DNA of 52,221 nt, from assembly GCA_002747805.1 (NCBI GenBank), contig PDQP01000050.1, positions 1 through 52,221 of the forward strand. Direction: 5' to 3'. A program made the translations under genes and the position numbers. Source of the stretch: Deltaproteobacteria bacterium (GTDB taxonomy: Bacteria; Desulfobacterota; Desulfobulbia; Desulfobulbales; Desulfocapsaceae). The notes beneath the pieces were generated by a model. It did not search any database and was not told the origin of the DNA. It saw only the letters and a list, made by a program, of their open reading frames with translations. This document shows positions 8,983 through 17,243 of this stretch, in pieces (within the stretch, counting starts at the first letter, position 1; each line of letters begins with the position of its first letter).

Positions 8983-9942
8983 CTAATTACTGCCTGCAGG
9001 TAAAAGCCTGACAATCTCCTTAGCCAGCTCCACATGCTGCAAACCGGCCATACTTTTGCGGTCATAGGCGATAGCCGGCAGGGAAACAATCTGGGATTCC
9101 TTGATCTTGCTGTCATCGGCAATGATGGTGTCAAGCATCCTGTCGCCATATAGTTCCCGCAGCTTGGTATAAATGAGCTTGGATGCGACCTCTTCCTTTC
9201 TATACATGGTAATCAGCACCCGGAAAACCAGATCCGGATTGATCTTGCCGTGCATCAGGTTAATCAGCTTCTGAATCTTTTTCACCCCGTCAGCGGCCAG
9301 AAACTCACAAGGACAGGGGATAATCGCCATTCTGGAAGCGGTCAGGGCATTCAAGGTAAAAAATTCAATGGCCGGCGGCGTATCAATCAGGATATAATCA
9401 AACTCATCCTTCAATAAATTCAGCCTGTCCCGCAAGAGAAACTCAAAAAACCTTTTCCCGAAATGTCTCTTGTTCAAAAGGGACATATTCACATTTGACG
9501 GCAGGATAAATAAACCGGCATAACGGGTTGGAATGATATAATCGCCGAAACTATCCGCACCAGAATCAACCATTTCAAAAAAAGAATTACGGTTGCGGTA
9601 GCCAAGGGCAAGACTGAGGTTGGCCTGAGCATCAAAGTCAATCAGCAGCACCTTTTTCTTCAGCAAAACCAGGGATAAACCAAGATTAAGACAGGTGGTA
9701 GTCTTGGCCACCCCGCCCTTCTGATTGGTTACGGTAATCACCGTTTGCCTAGGCAACTGCTGCAGGGCAAGCTCCCGGTCAAAAAAATTCAGGCCGCCCT
9801 TTTCCTCACCCGCCTTAACCAGCTCAACCTTACCCTTGCACTGCTTGCAACGAAGCCGGTCAAGATTTTCCGGAACCTTGCCGCTCTTTAATTTGTGCCG
9901 CTTACCGCACCCTGTGCATACAATGAACATTTTTTTCCCCAT
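8983..9942 (-). CDS. ParA/MinD-family ATPase with an N-terminal four-Cys zinc ribbon
   Basis: CTGCGKRHKL...LRCKQCKGK ribbon followed by the deviant Walker A (TNQKGGVAKTTT) and LLIDFDAQANLS. The start may instead be the ATG at 9930 (MFIVC...), which has a GGGGA RBS. Confidence 0.8.
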   Translation of the reverse strand: MGKKMFIVCTGCGKRHKLKSGKVPENLDRLRCKQCKGKVELVKAGEEKGGLNFFDRELALQQLPRQTVITVTNQKGGVAKTTTCLNLGLSLVLLKKKVLLIDFDAQANLSLALGYRNRNSFFEMVDSGADSFGDYIIPTRYAGLFILPSNVNMSLLNKRHFGKRFFEFLLRDRLNLLKDEFDYILIDTPPAIEFFTLNALTASRMAIIPCPCEFLAADGVKKIQKLINLMHGKINPDLVFRVLITMYRKEEVASKLIYTKLRELYGDRMLDTIIADDSKIKESQIVSLPAIAYDRKSMAGLQHVELAKEIVRLLPAGSN

Positions 9943-9967
9943 CTAACTAAATTTTTCGTCAGCCAGC

Positions 9968-11068
9968 CTACGCCATGTGCAGATGTCCCCGAACGGTCTC
10001 CAATATAGCACCAGGTATGGCATGATCATTAACCACCCGATCCACCACCTGCTGCTGAATGGCATTTTCGGTAAGATTGGGAAAGACACAATAATGATTG
10101 TCATGGGCCATGGTAACACCGCCGTATTCACGGATATTAGCCAGCCCCATTGCCCCGTCATCGCCGATACCGCCAAGCAGCACCCCGGCAATAAACCCGT
10201 CAAAGGACTCGGCCGCTGAATTATAAAGCATGTCAATGGGCTTATCTACCGCTTCACCCACCATAACCGCATATTTTTCATCGCCGATATGATCAAGGAC
10301 CAGGGAATTTTCATTGGAACCTATATAGCAAACCCCCGGCTCAATAATGGTGTCTTCCTGCAGGGCCTTGATTCTCCAGGAGACAAACTTGTCAAACTCC
10401 TCGACAAAGGAAGGCAGAATCTTATTGGAAATTGACTGAATAACAATGATGCTGGTCTGCGGCATCCGCATCATATGGGCCATTGTCCGAATAACCGTAT
10501 TCGGCCCGCACAGGTTAGTCCCCATCAGCACCAAGGCCTCGGGAGCCGCCCCGCCGCCTGCCGCCCCCGCCTCATCCGCCGCAAAAATCGGCAGCTTGGC
10601 CCGGCGGATATTATCCACATTGACCGAGGCCGCCATCTTGACCCGTTCGATGATTCTCTCCCGCCCTTCATTCAAATCCCGGGAAACTGCACCGGAAGGC
10701 TTAGGCACAAAATCAACCACGCCAAGCCTCAAGGCCTCAAAGGTAACCGCCCCGTCAGTAAACAAGGAGCTTAATACCACAATGGGAATCTGACACTTGA
10801 TCATCACATGCCTGGTGGTGCTAATACCGTTCATCACCGGCATATCCATATCCAGGGTAATCACGTCCGGTTTTAGCTCTTTTGCCTTTTCCAAGCCGAG
10901 CAAGCCATTTTTCGCATCGCCGACCACCTCAATCATGGGGTCGGAATTCAATATATCGGATACGGCCCGGCGCATCACGCCTGCATCATCTACGACCAGA
11001 ACTCTAATTTTATCTTCCATGCTCAACCTGCTCAACCAAGTGGTTAGATTTTCAAGGTGATAAATCAC
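9968..11068 (-). CDS. REC plus degenerate CheB-like methylesterase-domain protein
   Basis: REC domain (IRVLVVDDAGVMRR...DVITLDMDMPVMNG...VPKP). CheB-like domain in which GTNLCG and IQSIS replace GASTGG and TQHMP, while GIGDDG is retained. GTG start at 11068, with an alternative ATG at 11020 (MEDKIRVLVVDD). Confidence 0.8.
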   Translation of the reverse strand: MIYHLENLTTWLSRLSMEDKIRVLVVDDAGVMRRAVSDILNSDPMIEVVGDAKNGLLGLEKAKELKPDVITLDMDMPVMNGISTTRHVMIKCQIPIVVLSSLFTDGAVTFEALRLGVVDFVPKPSGAVSRDLNEGRERIIERVKMAASVNVDNIRRAKLPIFAADEAGAAGGGAAPEALVLMGTNLCGPNTVIRTMAHMMRMPQTSIIVIQSISNKILPSFVEEFDKFVSWRIKALQEDTIIEPGVCYIGSNENSLVLDHIGDEKYAVMVGEAVDKPIDMLYNSAAESFDGFIAGVLLGGIGDDGAMGLANIREYGGVTMAHDNHYCVFPNLTENAIQQQVVDRVVNDHAIPGAILETVRGHLHMA

Positions 11069-11073
11069 CAGAC

Positions 11074-12522
11074 CTAGGCCGGATCGCTCACCATTTTCGC
11101 CTCCGCCCGCTCAACAATAATCCTGACCAGTTCAGAACCAAGGCTGCTGTCGGGGGCAACCAAAGCATCCGGGCATTTTTCCAGGGCCGATTCCGCCATT
11201 TCCTTAACCAGACAGGTTTCCGGCTGCTGGATCAGGAGACCAGCTCGGCTATGCTGCAGTTCGTTCATGCCGTCAGTGCCGTCAGTAGAGGCCCCCGACA
11301 AAACTACGCCCATGCAGTCCGCCCCCATCACTTCCGCCATGGAAATCATCAGCATATCGCCTGCACCGCGGCGGTCAGGAAAGGATGAAGGAGTAAGATG
11401 AAGACTATAACCATCTCCGCCCTTCTCAATCTTGGCATACTCAAGACCGGAAACCAGATAACATACTCCCCCCTCCAGAGGCATGCCGTCCGTTGCCCTT
11501 TTAACCGGAATCTGGCTATGTGAACCGATATAGCTGACAAAGGCATCCACATGCTCAGGATCGGCATAAAGCACCACCATAAAGGCGGCCCCAAGACCAG
11601 CAGGTATCTGGGGGATAACCTTCAGCAAGGTACCGTATCCTCCCTCGGCGGCCACCATACAGACCGCAAAATCCATGGGCCTGCCGCCTTCATCACCCTG
11701 CTGATCCAGCTTTTCAGTCCGAATATAGCGTACAGAATTGATGGACACATCGGCCGCCAACTGCACCTTCTTACGGATGAGCTGTTTTTGTTTTTCCTTG
11801 TCCTCCCCGCTCAGGCTGGAAGGCTTGGGGATAAAGTCAACCGCCCCGTATTTCAGGGTATCAAAGGTAATGGTCGCCCCCTCATGGGTCATGGCACTGA
11901 CCATGACCGTGGGAATCGGAAAGCGGATCATAATCCTCTTCAAGGCGGCCACCCCATCCATCACCGGCATATTGATATCCATGGTGATCACATCGGGATG
12001 CACCTTGGGAATAAGCTCCAGGGCCTCCTCGCCATCGGCGGCGTTGCCGACTATAATAAACTCCTCCTCGCCGAAAATCGAGGCCAGGGCCTTGCGCATC
12101 ATGGACGAATCATCAACTACCAGCACCCTGATCCGCCGATCTCTTTCCTTAAGTCCGGTCTCCTGGGCAGCATCGCCTGATCCGGCGGCCGTCTCGCCCT
12201 CATCCTGTTTACGGCAGGCCTCCATGATCAGATGCTGCCAGTTCAGGGTGATGGTTTTTTTATCCGGTTTTTCCCCCATTCGGAATTCAAAACTGCCCTG
12301 ATTCCAGCCCATGATGGTATAAAAGGCATCCTCGCCGACCACATCGCCCACCTCGGCATGAACAATCTCGCCTTCAACCAGATAAACCTTGCCGTTCCTG
12401 CTGCCCTTGCTGACCACAATGGCCGCCGTGGTGCCGCCGATACAGCTCATCTGCAGTATATCGGGAAGCTGAACGCTTAAGGTGCCAATAAATCCGCTAT
12501 CTTTTCCTTCAGAGTTACTCAT
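11074..12522 (-). CDS. PATAN (DUF4388), REC and degenerate CheB-like domain protein
   Basis: N-terminus LSVQLPDILQMSCIGGTTAAIVV...GKVYLVEGEIVHAEVGDVVGEDAFYTIMGWNQGSFEF matches the DUF4388/PATAN pattern. It is followed by REC (IRVLVVDDSSMMRK...DVITMDINMPVMDG...IPKP). The CheB-like domain has AAEGGY and VLYAD in place of GASTGG and TQHMP. The start overlaps the cheA stop by 8 nt. Confidence 0.8.
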   Translation of the reverse strand: MSNSEGKDSGFIGTLSVQLPDILQMSCIGGTTAAIVVSKGSRNGKVYLVEGEIVHAEVGDVVGEDAFYTIMGWNQGSFEFRMGEKPDKKTITLNWQHLIMEACRKQDEGETAAGSGDAAQETGLKERDRRIRVLVVDDSSMMRKALASIFGEEEFIIVGNAADGEEALELIPKVHPDVITMDINMPVMDGVAALKRIMIRFPIPTVMVSAMTHEGATITFDTLKYGAVDFIPKPSSLSGEDKEKQKQLIRKKVQLAADVSINSVRYIRTEKLDQQGDEGGRPMDFAVCMVAAEGGYGTLLKVIPQIPAGLGAAFMVVLYADPEHVDAFVSYIGSHSQIPVKRATDGMPLEGGVCYLVSGLEYAKIEKGGDGYSLHLTPSSFPDRRGAGDMLMISMAEVMGADCMGVVLSGASTDGTDGMNELQHSRAGLLIQQPETCLVKEMAESALEKCPDALVAPDSSLGSELVRIIVERAEAKMVSDPA

Positions 12523-15500
12523 TTTCAGTCATCGGTAAAAGTTCGCCAATTTTCAGATTCTGTCTGCCAATGGTCAAATTGACCAGTTCGTGAATATCAA
12601 GGATCAGCGATATCCGGCCGTCTCCAAGGATGGTTGCACCGGAAAATCCTTTATTATCACGAAGATAATCGGGAAGCGGCTTAATAACCACCTCTTCCTG
12701 ACCACGCAGGTCATCAACCACCAGACCCACCCGGCCGCTGCCGGAACTGACAATCACCACAAAAGGTCTTTCATTTTCAGCCGCCCGGGCAGAAGAGGCA
12801 AGATTAAAGACACCGGACAGGCGGATCAGCGGAATGGCACTATCACGCAGGTAAATAACCTCATTGCCCTTGATACTGTTAATTTCCCCCTTACGCACCC
12901 GCAGGGTTTCATCAACGGCAATCAATGGAATGGTGAACAAGGCACCGCCCACATTAACCAGCAGGGCCTTAATTACGGCCAGAGTAAGCGGAATCTTGAT
13001 TCTGAAACGGGTGCCTTCGCCGGGGCTGGAATCAATCTCCAGGGTACCGTTAAGGTTTTCCAGATTTTTCCTGACCACATCCATACCCACCCCGCGGCCG
13101 GAAGTACGGGTAATCTTGGCAGCGGTGGAAAAGCCAGGCCGCATAATCAGCTCGATAATCTCCTTATAGCTCATCCGGGCAAGCTGGTCGGGTGTAACCA
13201 GATTCTTCTCAAGGGCAATGGCCTTAATCACCTCCGGCTCAAGCCCCTTACCGTCATCCTCCACCTCGATAACCACATGGCTGCCCTCATGGTAGGCATC
13301 AAGTTTCAAAAGCCCCCGTTCATTCTTGCCCAGTCTCTGACGTTCAGCCACCGTCTCGATACCATGATCCACCGCATTTCTGATCACATGGACAAGCGGA
13401 TCGGCAATTTCCTCAATAATCATCTTATCCAGTTCGGTATCTGCACCCATGATTTCAAGGCGTACATCCTTATCAGTGCCATGTACCAGATCCCTAATCA
13501 GCCTCGGATAGCGGTTAAAAAGCTGGGAGATGGGCAGCATCCGCACCTTCATCACACTTTCCTGCAAATCGTTTGCCACCCGGCCAAGGGCAACGATTGC
13601 CTCGTTGAGTTTGAAGGAAAAGCCCCTGACCTCCTTAAAATATTTTTTGTTGATGGACGGATTATGCTGGAGCTGGGCCTCAAGCCGTCTCATCTCATTA
13701 TACAGCTGGGAAAACCAGGCCCGGTTGATGACCAGCTCTCCGGCCTGGTTAAGCAGTTCGTCAATCTTGGCAGCATCAATACGCAGGCTCTGCCTTAAAA
13801 CCTTTTCGCGGTCGGAAATATCAGCAGCCTGTTTGCTGCCGGACTTACGCATCTCTTCACGGCGTTTTTCCACCCTTTTCTCAAGGTCGGTTTTGGCGGC
13901 GGCTGCACTTTTTTCATCCTCAGCGGCCCCGTCCTCGGCAGGCGGTTTGGGCTGCTTACTCTCTCCGGCATCAGCGGTCTTGACCTCAGTTTCGACAGGC
14001 GGTTTGACTTCCCTGTCAGCAGTCTTGCTCTTTGTCTCAGCAGGCGGCTTAACTTCCTGAACAGCGGCCTTGGCCTCGGCAGGCGGCTTAACTTCCGCCT
14101 CCTTCTGCTTGGTCTCATCAACCGCCGCAGCCAACACAGGCTCCTGAATAGCAGGTTCCTGAATAGCCGGTTCAGACGGCAGCTCAAGATCAAGCGGCTG
14201 CACTTCATCATCCGGCAAAGACGGCGTTTTGCCGCCAATGCCCAAGGCACTGTCAAGGGCCGAACTCAGGCGGTCAACCACCGCACCTTCATCCGCCGCC
14301 AGGCCGTCTGCCAAATCATCCGCCAGCGGATCATAAAAATCACCGCTGTCATCACCCAAGTCATCGTAGGACAAAAGCTCATCCATCCGATCCTTTAAGG
14401 TCTCCTCTCCTGCTCCGCCGTCAAGTTCAGGCTCACCCATCAGTTCAAGCTCACTCGGCAAGGCTGACGGCTTTTCAGCGGCCATAATTTCACTTTCATC
14501 CGCAGTCTCACCGCCCACAGTCTCTGCCGGTTCAACGCTGACCGCTTCCTCCGCCTCATCATCAGTTTTTTCGGCGAGAGGAGGAAAAATTTCAGTTATT
14601 TTAGAGAGATACTTCTTTACACATTCGCCCAGATGCTCAAAACAGTCATCTTTAAGACCATCCTTAACCCCGTCTTCAATATCCTTTAGCCATTCATCAT
14701 AGATATCCGTCAGCTTCTCATAGCCCATATAATTGGCAGCGGCCCTCATCCTGACCACCAATTCACGGATTTCGGCAACGCCTTCGGAAGGGTCTTCCGC
14801 CCCGTCAAACTTTACACCGACCGCCTCAATCTTGGCAAAATTCTCCCTGATCTGCTCAAGAAAAATTACAAATAACTCGGTATCATTCTGCTCATCATAA
14901 TCGCCATGATCCTGCTCAACAGCAACATCATCACTGACCGACAGGCGTTCTACACCCTCAAGTTTTTCAAAACTCTTCATAATGGCGTCAAAATAAATAT
15001 TGACCCCGTTTTCCAGAATCTCCTCAAGAGCAGGTGCCTCGTTTAGAAAAAACCGTTCCTGATAGCCCTCCAGCTTTCTTTGCCAGCCGTCATAAAAGGT
15101 TCCCAGTTTTTCATAGCCCATATAATTGGCCGAGGCCTGCAACTCATGGATTCTTTCATTGATCAGCTCAATCTGGGAGGAGCGGTTTTCAGAGGCCGGA
15201 ATCTGCAGGGCAATATCCCGAATTTCCAGCAGATTACTCTTTAGCTGCTCAATGAAAATGGTATATAACTCTTCGTCCTCCTCTTCCTGGGCATAGACCT
15301 CACCGATTTCCACCGTATCGCTTTCCCAGGACTCATCATGGTCAACCGGAGATATATCGCCAATCGGCGACAGTTCTTCATCCACCGGGGCCTCGTCCGT
15401 TCCATCCCAATCGGATTCGGCGGCAATACCGCCATGCTCGTCAAGGTCGAAAGATAATTCATCCTCATCATCCGGGGCCTGAGCCGCACCCGGGCTTATC

Positions 15501-16495
15501 TCATCCTGATCAAAGTTAAGCCCTTCGTCATCATCATCGGGAAACATCTCCTCAAGACCAAGGGTCAGTTCATCTCCGGCCGCATTCCGGCTGGCCCCTT
15601 CCGCCTCATATTCGACTTCTGCCTTGGCTGCAATATCATCATGTTCATCAAAAACCTGCTCGTCGGCAGCAGCCTCTTCATCGGGCAGCATCTCATCCAG
15701 CCCAAGGGTAAGCTCCTCCCCGGCATCGTCAGACAAAGCTGGTTCATCAACCTGATCATCGGCAGCCTCAGGTTTATCATCAAGAGCATCAGGTTCAGCA
15801 GCGGCTAACTGTTCATCAGGCTCATCCTGAACAACGGATTCCTCTTCAAGCTCGGCTGCCAGCCGCTTAACCGCCTCATCAGCGGTATCTTCATCGGCAA
15901 ACAGCTCATCCACACCCAGCTCCAGATCATCGGCCTCTGCTCCGGCTGCATCAACGCCGTCAGCCGCCGGAGCATCACTTAGGTCAACCACATCATCAAG
16001 GGTCAGATCGACCTGATCCACCTCATCATCGGCAAAGGCCTGTTCTTCAATCTCCGGCTTAGCCTCTTCGGCATCAGCCTTTTTATCCTGCTCAAAATAA
16101 CTGAGAATATCGGCCAGAATATCTTCGGTATCGGTTAATTCCTCGTGGTTTTTCGCCACATCATCAATCAGCAGGGCCATCCGGTCCTTGCCGCTGATCA
16201 GGGTATCAATCAGGGCCGAATTTACCTCCAGCTCCCCCTGCCGCACTGCTTCCAGCAGGTTTTCCAGCTTATGGGCAAGCTCGCTGGTTACTTTCAGGCC
16301 CAAGTAGGCCGAGGAACCCTTAATGGTATGGGCATCTCTAAAGATGTCATCAATTATTTCCCTGTTTTCCGGCTCTTCCTCAAGTCTGATCAGGTTCGCT
16401 TCCATTTCGTCCAGGTGTTCACCAGCTTCGGCGATAAACTCTGGAAGCAGTTCCATATCAATCATTTTAAGCTCCTCGCTAAAAGGGAAATCCAT
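12515..16495 (-). CDS. cheA: Chemotaxis histidine kinase CheA, 1326 aa, with extra HPt-like modules and long acidic/proline-rich linkers
   Basis: P1 HPt (FRDAHTIKGSSAYLG), a dimerisation region, an HATPase domain (N box IRNAVDHG, G1 DDGKG, G2 GRGVGMD) and a C-terminal CheW-like P5 domain. About 800 aa of additional sequence lie between P1 and P3. Confidence 0.9.
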   Translation of the reverse strand: MDFPFSEELKMIDMELLPEFIAEAGEHLDEMEANLIRLEEEPENREIIDDIFRDAHTIKGSSAYLGLKVTSELAHKLENLLEAVRQGELEVNSALIDTLISGKDRMALLIDDVAKNHEELTDTEDILADILSYFEQDKKADAEEAKPEIEEQAFADDEVDQVDLTLDDVVDLSDAPAADGVDAAGAEADDLELGVDELFADEDTADEAVKRLAAELEEESVVQDEPDEQLAAAEPDALDDKPEAADDQVDEPALSDDAGEELTLGLDEMLPDEEAAADEQVFDEHDDIAAKAEVEYEAEGASRNAAGDELTLGLEEMFPDDDDEGLNFDQDEISPGAAQAPDDEDELSFDLDEHGGIAAESDWDGTDEAPVDEELSPIGDISPVDHDESWESDTVEIGEVYAQEEEDEELYTIFIEQLKSNLLEIRDIALQIPASENRSSQIELINERIHELQASANYMGYEKLGTFYDGWQRKLEGYQERFFLNEAPALEEILENGVNIYFDAIMKSFEKLEGVERLSVSDDVAVEQDHGDYDEQNDTELFVIFLEQIRENFAKIEAVGVKFDGAEDPSEGVAEIRELVVRMRAAANYMGYEKLTDIYDEWLKDIEDGVKDGLKDDCFEHLGECVKKYLSKITEIFPPLAEKTDDEAEEAVSVEPAETVGGETADESEIMAAEKPSALPSELELMGEPELDGGAGEETLKDRMDELLSYDDLGDDSGDFYDPLADDLADGLAADEGAVVDRLSSALDSALGIGGKTPSLPDDEVQPLDLELPSEPAIQEPAIQEPVLAAAVDETKQKEAEVKPPAEAKAAVQEVKPPAETKSKTADREVKPPVETEVKTADAGESKQPKPPAEDGAAEDEKSAAAAKTDLEKRVEKRREEMRKSGSKQAADISDREKVLRQSLRIDAAKIDELLNQAGELVINRAWFSQLYNEMRRLEAQLQHNPSINKKYFKEVRGFSFKLNEAIVALGRVANDLQESVMKVRMLPISQLFNRYPRLIRDLVHGTDKDVRLEIMGADTELDKMIIEEIADPLVHVIRNAVDHGIETVAERQRLGKNERGLLKLDAYHEGSHVVIEVEDDGKGLEPEVIKAIALEKNLVTPDQLARMSYKEIIELIMRPGFSTAAKITRTSGRGVGMDVVRKNLENLNGTLEIDSSPGEGTRFRIKIPLTLAVIKALLVNVGGALFTIPLIAVDETLRVRKGEINSIKGNEVIYLRDSAIPLIRLSGVFNLASSARAAENERPFVVIVSSGSGRVGLVVDDLRGQEEVVIKPLPDYLRDNKGFSGATILGDGRISLILDIHELVNLTIGRQNLKIGELLPMTENE

Positions 16496-16528
16496 CCCCT
16501 TTTTTTACTCAAAACAATACCCTAACTA

Positions 16529-17182
16529 TCAATCCTGCAAGTCTCCCGGCCAAGTCTTATCTCCAGCCATGGCCTTATTGTCCACAATCAGAATATCATA
16601 CAGCTTGAAATTCGTCATAAAATATTCAATGGTCTCCAGCTCTTCCCGCACCGCCATAATATCTTCTTCCTGCGGGGCCGAATCCTCCTCACCCTGCTTA
16701 GTCTCCCGGCCATCGGTAAGCTGTTCAAGCACCGGCCCTGCCCGCTGGATGGTCTTCCAGACCAGCAGTACCACCTCCTGAAAGTTAGTGGAAAGGTCGT
16801 TAAGGGATTTGCCGATCCCGTCCATCTCGGGACAGGCATATTCCGGCACCGACAATTCCAGATCGCCGTCTGCTATCCGGCAGGCAAATTTCGACATTTC
16901 ACCCGCAGGACGCAGGATAAAACGGTATAACATAATCAGGGCGGCAACGCCTCCGGCCAAAATCAGGGCCAAACAAATCAGGATAGAAGCCCGCATCCCC
17001 AGAAGCAGGGAGGAGGCCGCCGCATCGCCGCCGCGGGAAACAGCCGAGACCAGGCTGGCAGCAAAATCAGCACTGCCGAGGCGAAGGGTCAGCCAGCCGG
17101 CGGCCAACAGGGGGACAATCAAGGTCAGGATGAAAAGTACCCAGATAAAAACATGCGTTTTCCGTAATTGAAGCCTTGCCAT
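16529..17182 (-). CDS. Two-TM HAMP-domain protein without a recognisable output domain
   Basis: Start trimmed to MARLQLRK... at 17182 (GGAG RBS), because the longer track ORF overlaps cheY. Two hydrophobic spans are followed by a HAMP signature (FILRPAGEMSKFACRIADGDLELSVPEY) and an acidic tail of about 90 aa. Confidence 0.65.
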   Translation of the reverse strand: MARLQLRKTHVFIWVLFILTLIVPLLAAGWLTLRLGSADFAASLVSAVSRGGDAAASSLLLGMRASILICLALILAGGVAALIMLYRFILRPAGEMSKFACRIADGDLELSVPEYACPEMDGIGKSLNDLSTNFQEVVLLVWKTIQRAGPVLEQLTDGRETKQGEEDSAPQEEDIMAVREELETIEYFMTNFKLYDILIVDNKAMAGDKTWPGDLQD

Positions 17183-17243
17183 TTCACTCCTGCCCTGAAA
17201 GACCGCACCGTTAATTGAACGTAAATAAAATAAACCCGAAAAC

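Noticed and set aside
12590-13798. 402-aa plus-strand ORF and several others (12864-13169, 13530-14060, 16145-16781) antisense to cheA
   Set aside because: They are shadow ORFs inside a gene with unambiguous CheA motifs on the other strand. Their translations are low-complexity and His/Gln/Gly/Leu-rich, with no recognisable domains.
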